Assembly: GCA_030614915.1 (NCBI GenBank)
Contig: JAUXAG010000011.1
Location: 26,516 to 90,515, forward strand
Length of the DNA: 64,000 bases
Origin: Actinomycetes bacterium
GTDB taxonomy: Bacteria; Planctomycetota; Phycisphaerae; JAACET01
Direction: 5' to 3'
Shown here: positions 48,265-58,989 of the stretch, piece after piece
Layout: each line of letters begins with the position of its first letter
Position numbering within the stretch: the stretch's first letter is position 1
Notes under the pieces: model-generated
What the model was told of the DNA's origin: nothing
Seen by the model: only the letters and a program-made list of their open reading frames with translations
Databases searched by the model: none
Program-made: the position numbers and the translations under genes

Positions 48265-48309
48265 CCGAACCACCAGCCTCGTCCGAACCGCGATCGTAAG
48301 GGAGCGGAA
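48265..48309 (+). repeat. Left copy of a 45-bp imperfect direct repeat (right copy at 49326-49370)
   Basis: 33/45 identical by manual alignment; both end in cgt(a/t)agggagcggaa. Confidence 0.7.
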
Positions 48310-48413
48310 AATCGACGTCAGATTAACGGTACGGACGCGGAAATTGATAGACCGGTGTATGCCGTGTAAAATCTGACGGATGAGAAAACCCTATTAATGG
48401 AAGGACCAAACGT

Positions 48414-49361
48414 ATGAGCAAACGTAACAAAGCTATCGGAGACAAGCTACCGGACGCCCTAGTCCCACCAGCCAGCGAAAATCGGAGCATTGTGGGTGAT
48501 CTAATTAACTTCCGAGGAATGGTTTACGCGCCCATTAACGAGCAAGGCGTGGTGTTCCTCTTCGGGAAGGTCATGGAAGATCTCAATATGTACGTTGAAG
48601 AAATAAAGTCGGGCTTTCCAGATTGCATAGCCAGACGGTTCGTGGGAACGGGCTGGAGACGGGTGAGACTGGAGTTTGAGTTCAGTTCGAAGAACTTCAA
48701 AGATCATGGACACGATCCCACCGCCTGTGACATTGTTATCTGCTGGAGCCACGACTGGACCGATTGCCCCTTGGAAGTCATCGAGCTTCGAGAAATCATA
48801 AAGGGATTGGAAAACTGGTCAATAGAACGTCCGGGGGCAGGCAAGACCGATGCGAAGGAATCTCTAACGGCCAAGGAATGGTTTCAGAAACACCGAGTTA
48901 GGGAAGGAATCGAAAATCTTTTTGAAAAGATGGTCGAACAATTACAGAGCCTCAACGAGGAGGTGTTCTATAAGGTCGGGTCTTCCGCCGTGAGTATATA
49001 CTGTCCCGAACGGGTGATGATATATGTCTATCCAAGAAAGGCTGGTATACGCCTTGAACTTTTCACTGGAAATGAACCTCTGGGTGAGGTGAAAACGCTG
49101 AATAGCGAAGGTAAACCGACCAAATGGGGAGCCCTGACCCTCCAAAACCAGCACGACGTCGCGCGAGTGTTGCCTTGGCTTTCTGAGTCAATGAAGAGGA
49201 TCAAGGACGCAATATCGCGAAATGAGAATACCTCTTGGATGACCAAGATCGAGAATGACGTGACCGGCGCTGTTGCGAAGCTGGAGAAGGACAACGGTAA
49301 GCCCTTGCCAAAACGCAAGCGTAATCCGAACCACAACTGCAAGCCGAACGGTGACCGTTAG
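48414..49361 (+). CDS. Predicted PD-(D/E)XK nuclease-like protein with a C-terminal DUF5655-like domain
   Basis: YAPINEQGVVFLF..FPDC..LEFE..S.NF..H.HDP..CD..ICW.HDW; visibly more AT-rich than its neighbours. Confidence 0.6.
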   Translation: MSKRNKAIGDKLPDALVPPASENRSIVGDLINFRGMVYAPINEQGVVFLFGKVMEDLNMYVEEIKSGFPDCIARRFVGTGWRRVRLEFEFSSKNFKDHGHDPTACDIVICWSHDWTDCPLEVIELREIIKGLENWSIERPGAGKTDAKESLTAKEWFQKHRVREGIENLFEKMVEQLQSLNEEVFYKVGSSAVSIYCPERVMIYVYPRKAGIRLELFTGNEPLGEVKTLNSEGKPTKWGALTLQNQHDVARVLPWLSESMKRIKDAISRNENTSWMTKIENDVTGAVAKLEKDNGKPLPKRKRNPNHNCKPNGDR

Positions 49362-49447
49362 GGAGCGGAAGCTATGGCCTCCGGGACGGATGCTGGCGCC
49401 TCGTCTGCAAATGCTCCCGGCCCGAATGTCGGGGGCGTTAGAAGTGA

Positions 49448-49478
49448 AGAAACCCCCGGTGAAACCGGGGGATAAATA
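49448..49478 (-). repeat. REP-like palindrome of the ttagccccc family in reverse orientation
   Basis: Reverse complement is tatttatcccccggtttcaccgggggtttct. Confidence 0.75.
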
Positions 49479-49627
49479 TAGCATGATCCACAGAACCTTT
49501 ATGCACCTGCCATAAAGTGTGGCGTTGCCTCTCTGCGCAAAAGCTGCTAGCATATCTGTCCAGTCGGCTCGCGTGTAGCCTAAAGCGATGTAACGGACCC
49601 TCTTTCTCTGCGCCCGGGTTTACAGGC

Positions 49628-52600
49628 ATGAACGATTCTGATACATCTTCAACCTCACAGCCTCAGCAGGAGCTTAGCCGAGCCCCTAAGCGTCGCCGCA
49701 GACGCCGTTGGCTATATCTTGTTGTTTTGCTCGTGCTGGCCCTGGCGGTCCTCGCTTATGCCCTGCTGCCTTGGCTGATCCCCACGGATTGGCTCAGAAG
49801 CCGGATCGTCGCTGGAATCCAGGACCAGTTCGGCCGATCCGCCTCGATATCCTCAATCGAAATATCCTGGTCCCGCGGCATCATCGTCCGCGACATCACC
49901 ATTGATCGCCTGGAGCAATTCGGCCCGGGCTTTTTTCTAAAGGCCTCCCGCCTCCAGTTGGACTTTCGCCCTTTGCGCCTGCTCTTGCAGCACCGCCTGG
50001 GCAGCGTACGCGTGGATCAGCCGCAGTTATGGATCGTCGCCGACGCCGCCGGCAGATTGAACCTGACCTCCCTGCCACCACTCGACACCCAGGAGGACGC
50101 ATTTGAGCAAATTACCATAACCAATGCGAATCTGCAGTTTGTCGATCAGATTCACGCCCGCGAAACTCACCTGGCTATACCGCAGATCAACATTGCACGT
50201 GATGCTCGCAGCGGCCAATATACTTTTATCGCCCAGGGCGCCCCGGCCAAAACTACCGGCCAACCTCTCTTCAGCCTGCGGGCTAATTTCACCCCGCCCG
50301 GCAGCGGACCCGATCTGCAGGATATTCCGGTCAGAGGATCGGCGGAGTTGCTTTGGTCGGATTTTGATTTGGCCGCCGTACCACTGCCGCGATTGTCCAA
50401 AGTGGACTGCCAGGTCCTCAGCGGAACCACCAGCGGCCGGGCCAGATTGGAGCTTTACTCACAGGGCCGCGTCGAACTCTCCGAGTGCACCGCGGGAATA
50501 GATAAGCTCCGTCTGCAAGTAGCTCAAGTTTCCGAGCTGCCTCAAGCCACGCAGCAGCCCTCCGCCCCGGCCCAGATATCCATCCCTCAGGCCCGCTTCG
50601 AGCTCCACGGCTCCTACGAGTTTGTCTCCGGTGAGCTGACCGTCCAGACCCTCAGCGGGACGCTTGCCGGCCTGGATTTTAGCTCATCGTTACAGGGCCG
50701 ATTCTTCCCAGCCGAGCGAACCTTTGCTCCCAGCGACGCTTCACTTGCCCTTACGCTCCAACCCAGCAGACTCCGGGAGCAGTTTCCCTTTTTGGATGAG
50801 TTACTTTCTGAACATAATTTGACAATCACCGGCTCCAGCAGTCTGGCGGTGGATTTCAATCAGAACGCCAGGATCGATCATCTGAGTTTTTCGATTGACG
50901 CTTCCGACACCGGCCTCCATGTGCCGGCTCTACTGCACAAATCAGCCGGTTTGCCTTGCCGAATGAAACTCTCCGCTCTCATTGACCACAACACCGCCAG
51001 CTTGACCCTGGATGAGCCCTTGGAAATTGAGTTGGCCTCCGGCCGTTTTTCACTGGATATGAACTTGGCCCAGCCGCTGCGGATGGCATCTTTTCTGGAC
51101 CTCCTTATTCGGCCCACGGAGATTATCGAACTTGGCGCCCGGCAGTGGCCCCAGGCGCAGATCGACACCAGCTTGGAGATTGCCCAACTCAGCGACCTTA
51201 TGCCCGTCTTTCCAGTGCTGGCCGGCGTGCTCTCGGGCAACGGATTCACCTTGGCTGGGCCCCTACATGCCGAGTTGCACTTAGTGCCTCTGCCGGCTGA
51301 TGACCCAGACTCCCCGAGCCAGCTGACCGCTGCCGTTTCTCTACCCGCTCAGAGTTCTCTACAATGCTTGCCCTATTTTAGCAAGCCGCCTGGTGAGCCC
51401 CTGGATCTTTCATTTGCCGCTCGCTTGGGCCCGGGCAGTTCACGCTTGGATGACCTGCACCTCTCCTGCAAGATCGGCCAAGCCACCCTCTCCGTAACCG
51501 ATGCTTTTTGTGCCCTCCAGTTTTCACCTGGGGACTGGGCCGATTTTACTCCTTCGCTGTCAACTGCCGGCCGGTTTCGCCTTGAAAACTCCGCAGTCTT
51601 GGCCCAAGCCCTGCCCGCACTGCAAGGGCTTAGCTTGGCCGGTGATTTAGTCGGCCGATTTGATCTCGCCTTTGACCCCCTGGTAAGTTTGCGTCTGGCC
51701 TTGGCCTTGGATGCTACCGACTTGGCCTTGCGTGTACCTGCAAACCTCGATATGGCGGCCGGAGATCGTTCTGAGCCTGCTGTTTTATTTCAGAAGTCCG
51801 CCCTTACCCCGGCCATGCTAGACCTGCAGTTCCAGCTCGACTTGCCGGCCGACAACAACCCCCAGGCCAAGCCTCTATCCTGGCTCGAATTCACTGCCGG
51901 CAATGCAGCCACTGCTGCCTTCCAGGCCAAGTTGAACTGGACGCTTGGCGACTCGCTCGGCTCGATTGAGCTCAATCACCGACAGCTCCCAAGCAAGGAT
52001 GGTTTCGGTTTTGATCTAGCCCTTTCAAAAATTGACTTGGACAGCTTGGATGAAAACTTCCCTTTGTTGGCCTCGGCTTGTGAGCCTTATCAACTTGCCG
52101 GCAGTGTCGCTCTGAAGCTCAGCGGTCGGCTCAGCCCCGAACTGTCGCTCGAAAGCCTGGATTTCGCTGGGGATTTCACCGCTGCCCAGTGCGTCCTGCC
52201 GATCGCAACTGGCCAATCCAGCCTGTCCAATCCACCCGTTATTATGCGAAAATCAGCCCAACTGTCCCTCACTCTGCAAGCTCGCCTCAGCGCCGAAGAT
52301 TATGATGAGCAAGGCCGCCGACGCCTCAAAATCGAATCCGCCCAGTTGAACTTTGTCGGCTCGCAATTGAATCTTGCCGGCAGTGCCCTCTTGGCCGGCC
52401 CCCTCGAGAGCCCCAGCCATAGTCTTATGCAATCCGTTTTGCGATTTGAGCCATTTATCTCGGCCCAGTTCGACGCCGACGGCACTGTCGTTTTTGATGC
52501 AGATCTTTTCACTTTGTTTCCACCTCTGGAGGCGGTCCATCGTCGAATGGCATTGACTGGCCTTGTGAATTACAGCTTCCAATTTAGAGCTGAGCCCGGC

Positions 52601-53914
52601 CAGACTTACTTGGCAGCTAAACTCAGGAGCGGTTCGGAGCCCCTGAAGGTGGGCCCATTTGAGTTTGTCAAGGCAGAGAATCATCTGCGGTTATTCTTCA
52701 AGCCAGACACCGATGAGTTGGCTGTATCTGGCGCTTCGCTGGAATTGAACGTGCTGGAGTTGAATCTTTTCGACGAACCGCTGCGATTATCAGCTGAGTT
52801 GGCCCTAAGCCAAAGTCAGCTCGACGTCTCGGATTTGTTTATTACCCTGGGAGATTCCTCCGGACATTTCACCGCCCATCTGGAGGGCATCGCCACCGCC
52901 CCGGCCGGATATGTCAGCTTCTACAGTCCCCTGATTGACCAATCTCGCTTGGGGGATTTTGCTGCTAAGTTATCTTCCTTTGTGCAGCAGCAAATCGGCG
53001 GGCAGAGCTGGGCCCCTGATGATCAAGCATCGTCGGCCGCGGATGAATCGCCTGCTCGCGAGCAAGCCCCCCCCGTCCTGCAATTACCCCCTATGGATAT
53101 TACTTTCCGGGCCGAGTGTGATAAGTTTCTCGTTAGCCTTCCGGATGTTTCGGCAAAGTTTATCCTCCAGCACCTAACCTTTGATTCCCAGCTGACTTCT
53201 GCGTCCCTGACGGGCCGGTTCGCCATGGCTGTCAACGGCGGACGTCTCGGCGGCGAACTCAGCATCCTCTTTGACAAGCCCGGTTTACCCCTCTCTTGTC
53301 GCTACGAGGCCCTGGACCTGATGGCCGACGAAAACATTGTTCCTTTGGTCTCACAGGTCTTTCCAAACATGACCGTTCAGGGAACAATAACCGAGTCCCG
53401 CAGTATCACAGATTATTATATTCTCAGGGGCAAAGATCTGCCCCCCTTCCCCCAGGAGCGGGGCCTAACCATCCTGCACGACGGAATGGTTGTAGGGCCT
53501 ACCGCGCCCCGCTGGGTTATCTATTGGTTTCCAAAGCTTTCGCTTACTGAATATCCTTTCGAGGTGGCCCACAATGTTTTCAGCAGAGACCCCAAGAGCG
53601 GACGCATGAGAAACGACATGGTTTTCCTCGGCAAGGGCAAATACAACATTTATATCACCGGCAAGACCATGGCTGATAACACCACCGATTACACCTTGGG
53701 TGTGGATATGTCTCCGGGCTTCGTGGGCCTTGAACAGCGACACACCTGGAGGCAGTCGCGAGTGCCTTTACTCAGCTACACAGGACAGATTGTTGACCAC
53801 AAGTGGACCAGCCAAACAGCGAACTTCACCTGGCCTACGCGGGCTGCCTGGGATATTCTTATCAAGAATAATGCCCTGAGAACTCTCATTGAGCAGCGCC
53901 GCCAGGCCGAGTAG
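49628..53914 (+). CDS. AsmA/DUF748-like large periplasmic beta-rich protein with an N-terminal TM anchor
   Basis: RRRRRW followed by a TM helix and FGRSASISSIEISW (AsmA-like N-terminus); repeated alternating beta pattern; ATG at 49628. Confidence 0.65.
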   Translation: MNDSDTSSTSQPQQELSRAPKRRRRRRWLYLVVLLVLALAVLAYALLPWLIPTDWLRSRIVAGIQDQFGRSASISSIEISWSRGIIVRDITIDRLEQFGPGFFLKASRLQLDFRPLRLLLQHRLGSVRVDQPQLWIVADAAGRLNLTSLPPLDTQEDAFEQITITNANLQFVDQIHARETHLAIPQINIARDARSGQYTFIAQGAPAKTTGQPLFSLRANFTPPGSGPDLQDIPVRGSAELLWSDFDLAAVPLPRLSKVDCQVLSGTTSGRARLELYSQGRVELSECTAGIDKLRLQVAQVSELPQATQQPSAPAQISIPQARFELHGSYEFVSGELTVQTLSGTLAGLDFSSSLQGRFFPAERTFAPSDASLALTLQPSRLREQFPFLDELLSEHNLTITGSSSLAVDFNQNARIDHLSFSIDASDTGLHVPALLHKSAGLPCRMKLSALIDHNTASLTLDEPLEIELASGRFSLDMNLAQPLRMASFLDLLIRPTEIIELGARQWPQAQIDTSLEIAQLSDLMPVFPVLAGVLSGNGFTLAGPLHAELHLVPLPADDPDSPSQLTAAVSLPAQSSLQCLPYFSKPPGEPLDLSFAARLGPGSSRLDDLHLSCKIGQATLSVTDAFCALQFSPGDWADFTPSLSTAGRFRLENSAVLAQALPALQGLSLAGDLVGRFDLAFDPLVSLRLALALDATDLALRVPANLDMAAGDRSEPAVLFQKSALTPAMLDLQFQLDLPADNNPQAKPLSWLEFTAGNAATAAFQAKLNWTLGDSLGSIELNHRQLPSKDGFGFDLALSKIDLDSLDENFPLLASACEPYQLAGSVALKLSGRLSPELSLESLDFAGDFTAAQCVLPIATGQSSLSNPPVIMRKSAQLSLTLQARLSAEDYDEQGRRRLKIESAQLNFVGSQLNLAGSALLAGPLESPSHSLMQSVLRFEPFISAQFDADGTVVFDADLFTLFPPLEAVHRRMALTGLVNYSFQFRAEPGQTYLAAKLRSGSEPLKVGPFEFVKAENHLRLFFKPDTDELAVSGASLELNVLELNLFDEPLRLSAELALSQSQLDVSDLFITLGDSSGHFTAHLEGIATAPAGYVSFYSPLIDQSRLGDFAAKLSSFVQQQIGGQSWAPDDQASSAADESPAREQAPPVLQLPPMDITFRAECDKFLVSLPDVSAKFILQHLTFDSQLTSASLTGRFAMAVNGGRLGGELSILFDKPGLPLSCRYEALDLMADENIVPLVSQVFPNMTVQGTITESRSITDYYILRGKDLPPFPQERGLTILHDGMVVGPTAPRWVIYWFPKLSLTEYPFEVAHNVFSRDPKSGRMRNDMVFLGKGKYNIYITGKTMADNTTDYTLGVDMSPGFVGLEQRHTWRQSRVPLLSYTGQIVDHKWTSQTANFTWPTRAAWDILIKNNALRTLIEQRRQAE

Positions 53915-53952
53915 TCGGCTGATATGACCACCGCTCTGGCTCCGAGATACAT

Positions 53953-56094
53953 ATGTTTGCCGTTGGAACCCAGGCACAATCTACCTTACCACCGGACCGC
54001 CGCCCGACTAAACCACCCGCGCCCCTGGCCCCATTACGGGCCGTTAGCGGGCCCTTCTGGCGAGGAAGAAATCTCCGCAGATTCCTGCTCGTTCTCGTTC
54101 CCTTCGCTTTGGCCTGCGCCCTGATCTACAAGATACTTTCCGGGCAATGGCTTGATTTTTATCCGTCCACTTACGCCCCCTGGTCGCTCGGTGGATCATT
54201 TCTGTTTCCGTTGAGCATTTTCCAGACACCCCACCAGGTCCTGATCCTGGGCCTGCTCTTGAGTTTGCTGATCATCCTGCCCATCTTCGCCGCTCAAATA
54301 TTCGGCGTAGCCCCGGCGGCTTTTTTCATCGCTTGTGTGTTTTGGCTGGGCCACCTTCCCATCCTGGCCCTGTTCTTGGCCGGGGCTGTTCTTCTGGCGG
54401 GCACCACGCCGCTGCTCAAACGCTCCAGGTTTTATGCCGGGCTTTTGGCCTTGCTGCCTTTGGTGATTTACCTCTTCTTCACCGTGCAGATCGTCCAGGC
54501 CTGGGCCGGCGCCGCTTATACCCCAGCCGCTGGTCCTACCCAAAGCTTATTGCCCCATTTGCTGACCTATCTGGTCGGTCCGACGGCCCTTTACATCTTG
54601 GGCCCGCTCTTTATGTTACTGGTATTCTTGGCCGGCCTACCCGCGGTACTGCGGCGAACTCGTTTCTATTCGCTTGTCCTGGTTGCTGTGGTTATCGCAG
54701 CTTACCTGGCCCTCAGCGCGTTTGTCTTGGCTCAACCGGGCAGATATCCCTCTGCCGCTCCGGTCTGCTCGGCTGCCGAGCTTGTTTGGCCGGAGATGAC
54801 CTTTGCCGCCCGCGACTCCAGAGCGGCCTTGGTCAACCTCAGTCCGATTCAGCAGAGCTGGTTATACGCCCCGGCTCTGCTGGCCGTCTGCCTGGCATTA
54901 CTTTTACTGCCGCTGCTGCTTTTGGCGGCTCGCTGGAGCAAACGGCCCAGTGCAGTATTGGCCTCGGCAACTACGGCCATTATTCTCCTTTCACTCTTGC
55001 TCTTTTATCCGTTGGTCGGTCCCGAGACGCTCGACTACGCTATTCTCAAGGCTCGTTTTGAGCCCGCTTCCGCTCTGTTGCGCGATTTTCCGGAGCTACC
55101 CAAATACAATCGTTATCTGGAGCAATATCGTCAGCCCAGCCCTTCCCCTACTTTGCAACAGTTGATCCGCAGGACTTTCAAGCGCATCATCGACGAATTT
55201 GACGAACGAGTCGTCCTTGCTAAAAGAGCCTGTGGACATTTCCTCGAGGATTACCCGCGTTCACGGCACAAGCCCCACGTATTGTATATGAAGGCCCTGA
55301 TCCAGGACGCCCGCCTCGACCGCCAACGTCTGGCCCGTCACGGCCGGATCTGGGTTTACTATAACTGTCCCTCCCCTCAGAGCAAAGCCGTCTTGCAGCA
55401 GTTGCTCGAGGAGTTTCCTGATAATGTCTTGGCATGTCCCGGCGGTTTGCAGTTGGGACGCTTGTTAGCTCGCGAAGGCCGTTTTGACGCTGCCTTAGTG
55501 GTTCTGGACCAGGCCCAGCGGGCCGGACGCACCTTCCTTGATGCCCAATCCACCCCGAATTCAGCCAAAACCTTCTCCAGCCGGATCGGCTTACCGCCGG
55601 CTGAGCTGATTTCCAGCGAACAAATCTCCACCTCGCTTCTCCGGACGGCTCAGTTGATCGAGCTGATCAGGACCAGTTACCACGACGCTCTCTACGGCTC
55701 TGAACCCTTGCGGAGATTTTGCACCAAGGACCCGCTGAGCCCTGATTACGTCGAGCAGATCGAAGCTATCCTCGCCGAGTTCCCCGACGCCTTAGTAGCC
55801 GATCATATCCGTTTGCAGATCATTCTTTCTCAGCCGCCCGCTCAGCAACTTTCTCTGCTCGAATCTGCCATCGCCCAGTTTACCGCCGGCTCAGCCGCTA
55901 AGGATGCTCTCTTTCACTTAGCTCAATTGGAGATGACTCTAGCCGGCTCGGACCCGCAGAAGGCCCAGCTTCGCCGTCGGGCCGCCGAGCATTTTCGCCG
56001 GTTCCTGGACAAATACCCCCAGGCTTATCAGCTGCAGTTGGTCAAGGATCAGCTCGACCGTCTGGATTTACTGACCCTCCCTAGCCACGAATAA
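53953..56094 (+). CDS. Multi-pass membrane protein with C-terminal TPR/BamD-like repeats
   Basis: About nine hydrophobic segments, then FLEDYP.S, LLEEFPD, LAEFPD and FLDKYP TPR-type motifs. Confidence 0.65.
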   Translation: MFAVGTQAQSTLPPDRRPTKPPAPLAPLRAVSGPFWRGRNLRRFLLVLVPFALACALIYKILSGQWLDFYPSTYAPWSLGGSFLFPLSIFQTPHQVLILGLLLSLLIILPIFAAQIFGVAPAAFFIACVFWLGHLPILALFLAGAVLLAGTTPLLKRSRFYAGLLALLPLVIYLFFTVQIVQAWAGAAYTPAAGPTQSLLPHLLTYLVGPTALYILGPLFMLLVFLAGLPAVLRRTRFYSLVLVAVVIAAYLALSAFVLAQPGRYPSAAPVCSAAELVWPEMTFAARDSRAALVNLSPIQQSWLYAPALLAVCLALLLLPLLLLAARWSKRPSAVLASATTAIILLSLLLFYPLVGPETLDYAILKARFEPASALLRDFPELPKYNRYLEQYRQPSPSPTLQQLIRRTFKRIIDEFDERVVLAKRACGHFLEDYPRSRHKPHVLYMKALIQDARLDRQRLARHGRIWVYYNCPSPQSKAVLQQLLEEFPDNVLACPGGLQLGRLLAREGRFDAALVVLDQAQRAGRTFLDAQSTPNSAKTFSSRIGLPPAELISSEQISTSLLRTAQLIELIRTSYHDALYGSEPLRRFCTKDPLSPDYVEQIEAILAEFPDALVADHIRLQIILSQPPAQQLSLLESAIAQFTAGSAAKDALFHLAQLEMTLAGSDPQKAQLRRRAAEHFRRFLDKYPQAYQLQLVKDQLDRLDLLTLPSHE

Positions 56095-56211
56095 GAGCAA
56101 AAACCTTCAATTTTCAAGACTGACTTGATATCATACTAGAAATGAGCCTTAGCGGCGTAGCTAAGCAAGGATATATGTTACATGGAAAATCCCAGCTAAG
56201 GAGTCTTGAAA

Positions 56212-58035
56212 ATGACAAGGACACATGAACAGCGCAATAGGAAAGGTTCATGGACCAAAACCCTCGCGATTCTGGTCTTCGGTTGCTTGCTGATTCCGCC
56301 CGTCGCCGCGTCTGCCGAATCCGTTCTGCAGGGGGGACCCCATTCCAGCCTCCAAGTCGAGCCAACATTCAAATTTGTCGTTATCGGGGATACCCGCACG
56401 GGGGTCTCTGTGTTTGAGCGATGCATAGCTGAAATCAATCTCCTGGCCCCCGACCTGGTGTTGGACGTTGGAGATCTAATCCCGGGCTACAGGGAAGATA
56501 TACGACAAATCATAGCTATGTGGGATGAATTTGACGAAAGAGTCAAGAGATTCCGGGTACCCTTTGTAATGGTAGCCGGTAACCACGATATCTGGGGGCG
56601 AGACTCCAGGAAGATTTACGAGCAGCGCTACGGCAAAACCTACTTTTCGTTTGATCATAAAGGTGTACATTTTGTTGTGCTAGACTCAGAGGCCTTCGAT
56701 GATAACGACAATATTCTTAATCGCATAGATGAGGAACAACTCAAGTGGCTGCAAAACGACTTGGCTTTACACCACAACGCCCGGCTGACGTTTGTTTTCC
56801 TTCATAAACCCTTCTGGCAAGGCCCGCGCTTTGATCAAGACGCTATAGAACACTGGTTCAAACGTGTCCATCCCATCCTTGCAAAGCATGGCGTTTCTGC
56901 CGTATTCGCCGGCCACTACCACATTTATGCGAAATTCCCTCCAGTCGACGGCGTGCATTACTATATAACCGGCGGTGGCGGCGCAGGGATTGGACCGGAT
57001 CCCACCATGGGTGATTTTCACCATTATTGTTTGCTGACCGTAAGTGGCAACGATTGGAAACTCGCCGTTATTAAACTTGGCTCGATCGAACCCGACATAA
57101 TCGTAACGGCTGATCCTGATCTTCAGGCACTAAGAGACAGTGTGACTGTCCCTGAAATCGTAGTTCCCGAATCCGCCGGTACTCTACCCATTGAGCTAAC
57201 CTTTGCTAATAGGAAGCCAAGAAGTCTCGATATAACGGTACGACCGAGCGACAGCCCTTCCTCACACTTTCGCATCACTCCGGATCACCTGACGGCCTCT
57301 GCAAAGGGCAACGAGGAGGTACATTTCAAATTCACGACCGCCATCGATCCTGAACATGCCTACCCCGTGCCGCAGTTCACTTTTGAAGTACGCGACCAAG
57401 GCAAGAAACCCCTACTATTTACCTGCGCAGTTCCCGTCAAAGCACATCGTACGACGACTTGTCGCAAAACATTGGCCCCGCCGCATGTCGACGGCAAGCT
57501 TGATGACACCGCCTGGGCAACCACTGCGCCCCTCTCAGCCTTCTTCACCCCACGTGGCGATCGCGAGACCAGCTTTCCCACCCAGGTTCAGTCAAGCTAC
57601 GACTCTAACAATCTCTACCTCGCTTTCCGTTGCCAGGAACCTAATCTTGCAGGTCTGGTCACCAAGGTCTCATCCCGCGACGGCCCGGTTTGGGCGGATG
57701 ACTCAGTCGAAATCTTCATCGACACCAATCTCGACCGCAAAACCTATTACCAGTTCGCGTTCAATGCCAAGGGTGTTGCCTACGACAGCTCGGGTACGGA
57801 TGAAAGGTGGAATGGCCAACATGAAGTAAGAGCCAGCCGCACAGCGGATGCATGGACCCTGGAGGTCGCCATCCCCTGGCGGACAATTGGCCTGAAAGCT
57901 CCAGAACCAGGCACAAAACTGGGCCTGGAAATTGTCCGAAACCGTGCACAAGGCCCCCCCGAGCTCACGCAGTGGTCCCCGACCTTTGCTTCAAACCACG
58001 TTCCCACGCAATTCGGAACGATGATTTTCAAGTAA
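56212..58035 (+). CDS. Secreted calcineurin-like metallophosphoesterase with a C-terminal CBM9-like domain
   Basis: Signal peptide; GDTR, VGDL, GNHD, GHYH; P.VDGKLDD.AW and DDSVEIFID. Confidence 0.85.
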   Translation: MTRTHEQRNRKGSWTKTLAILVFGCLLIPPVAASAESVLQGGPHSSLQVEPTFKFVVIGDTRTGVSVFERCIAEINLLAPDLVLDVGDLIPGYREDIRQIIAMWDEFDERVKRFRVPFVMVAGNHDIWGRDSRKIYEQRYGKTYFSFDHKGVHFVVLDSEAFDDNDNILNRIDEEQLKWLQNDLALHHNARLTFVFLHKPFWQGPRFDQDAIEHWFKRVHPILAKHGVSAVFAGHYHIYAKFPPVDGVHYYITGGGGAGIGPDPTMGDFHHYCLLTVSGNDWKLAVIKLGSIEPDIIVTADPDLQALRDSVTVPEIVVPESAGTLPIELTFANRKPRSLDITVRPSDSPSSHFRITPDHLTASAKGNEEVHFKFTTAIDPEHAYPVPQFTFEVRDQGKKPLLFTCAVPVKAHRTTTCRKTLAPPHVDGKLDDTAWATTAPLSAFFTPRGDRETSFPTQVQSSYDSNNLYLAFRCQEPNLAGLVTKVSSRDGPVWADDSVEIFIDTNLDRKTYYQFAFNAKGVAYDSSGTDERWNGQHEVRASRTADAWTLEVAIPWRTIGLKAPEPGTKLGLEIVRNRAQGPPELTQWSPTFASNHVPTQFGTMIFK

Positions 58036-58036
58036 C

Positions 58037-58095
58037 TAGAAGTCATCCCAAAACCTGCTTTCGCAGCAGAAATTGGGGGTTTGGGACGGCTTCTA
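58037..58095. repeat. Long inverted repeat (terminator or minimal IS/MITE scar)
   Basis: tagaagtcatcccaaaac ... gtttgggacggcttcta, directly after the stop codon. Confidence 0.6.
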
Positions 58096-58244
58096 AGTGC
58101 TTTCTTGTTAATCAACTCACTTCCTCAGGCTCGGCCCGTGGAAGGCGAAGCTGGCGGGGGGTAGAATGTAGGGCGTGGCACAGTTATAGTGCTGGCTGAG
58201 CTTGGTACATAAAATGGGGGACAGGTCAATACGGAGAATAGATT

Positions 58245-58751
58245 ATGGTATTTGCAAAGAACAGATCGAGGAAAGCAAAATGGGTAATTGTTCCGGTCAC
58301 TGTTCTGGTATTTGTTCTGTTTGTTGGGGTGGGGCTGGGTTTGGTGCATTATATTGGCCATCGGGGCCTTCGCGAGATGAACAGCCTGGGTGGCATGACA
58401 TGTGCCATTGGCGCCTATATTTGCACGCACGAAGGTGCCTTTCCCGGGTCTTTTCAGGATCTGGTGGACTCAGATATAGTCAGGCCCAAAGGTGAAGGCT
58501 GGTTCTATGCGTGGAAAGGGGCAATGGTAAATTTGCCTGACTTAGATGCGCACTATTATGATGGACCGCGATTTCGGCCTGAGAATATAATTGTGGCGTG
58601 GGGATACGAATACCGTGAAGCGGATACCATGCCGCTTGTGATCCATAAGAAAATTCGTGTCACAGGTGAGGGGATGGCGATGACTAGTACAAAAAGGTTG
58701 CGTAGCTTTATGAAGCAATATAGGAAAGATAAAAAGCTTCGGCCAGAATAG
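58245..58751 (+). CDS. Membrane-anchored hypothetical protein, copy 1 (pseudopilin-like helix; candidate immunity protein)
   Basis: N-terminal TM, AIGAY...HEGAFP.S..DLV; near-identical paralog at 58990. Confidence 0.7.
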   Translation: MVFAKNRSRKAKWVIVPVTVLVFVLFVGVGLGLVHYIGHRGLREMNSLGGMTCAIGAYICTHEGAFPGSFQDLVDSDIVRPKGEGWFYAWKGAMVNLPDLDAHYYDGPRFRPENIIVAWGYEYREADTMPLVIHKKIRVTGEGMAMTSTKRLRSFMKQYRKDKKLRPE

Positions 58752-58770
58752 GCTATTACTTCCTGCGCTG

Positions 58771-58986
58771 GTGCACAGCGGTGAGCGAACCTGCACTCTA
58801 CATGTTCGAAATGCAGGCAAGTTAGTTGGCCCATTTGATTTCAACACTATGAGTGGTGTAGTGGGCCTGGTGAATCTCGACAGAGCTAATCCTCCATGGT
58901 ATATTCTTAAGGTCCAGGATTGCTGGTGGTATGTACGAAAGGTAAAAAGCTATATAAAAGATTCTGGACCCTACTACGGAAAATAG
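58771..58986 (+). pseudogene. Probable orphan C-terminal gene fragment ending 3 nt before copy 2
   Basis: Ends SYIKDSGPYYGK*, matching the WYIKWGTGQYGE* remnant before copy 1; no convincing start. Confidence 0.4.
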
Positions 58987-58989
58987 ATT

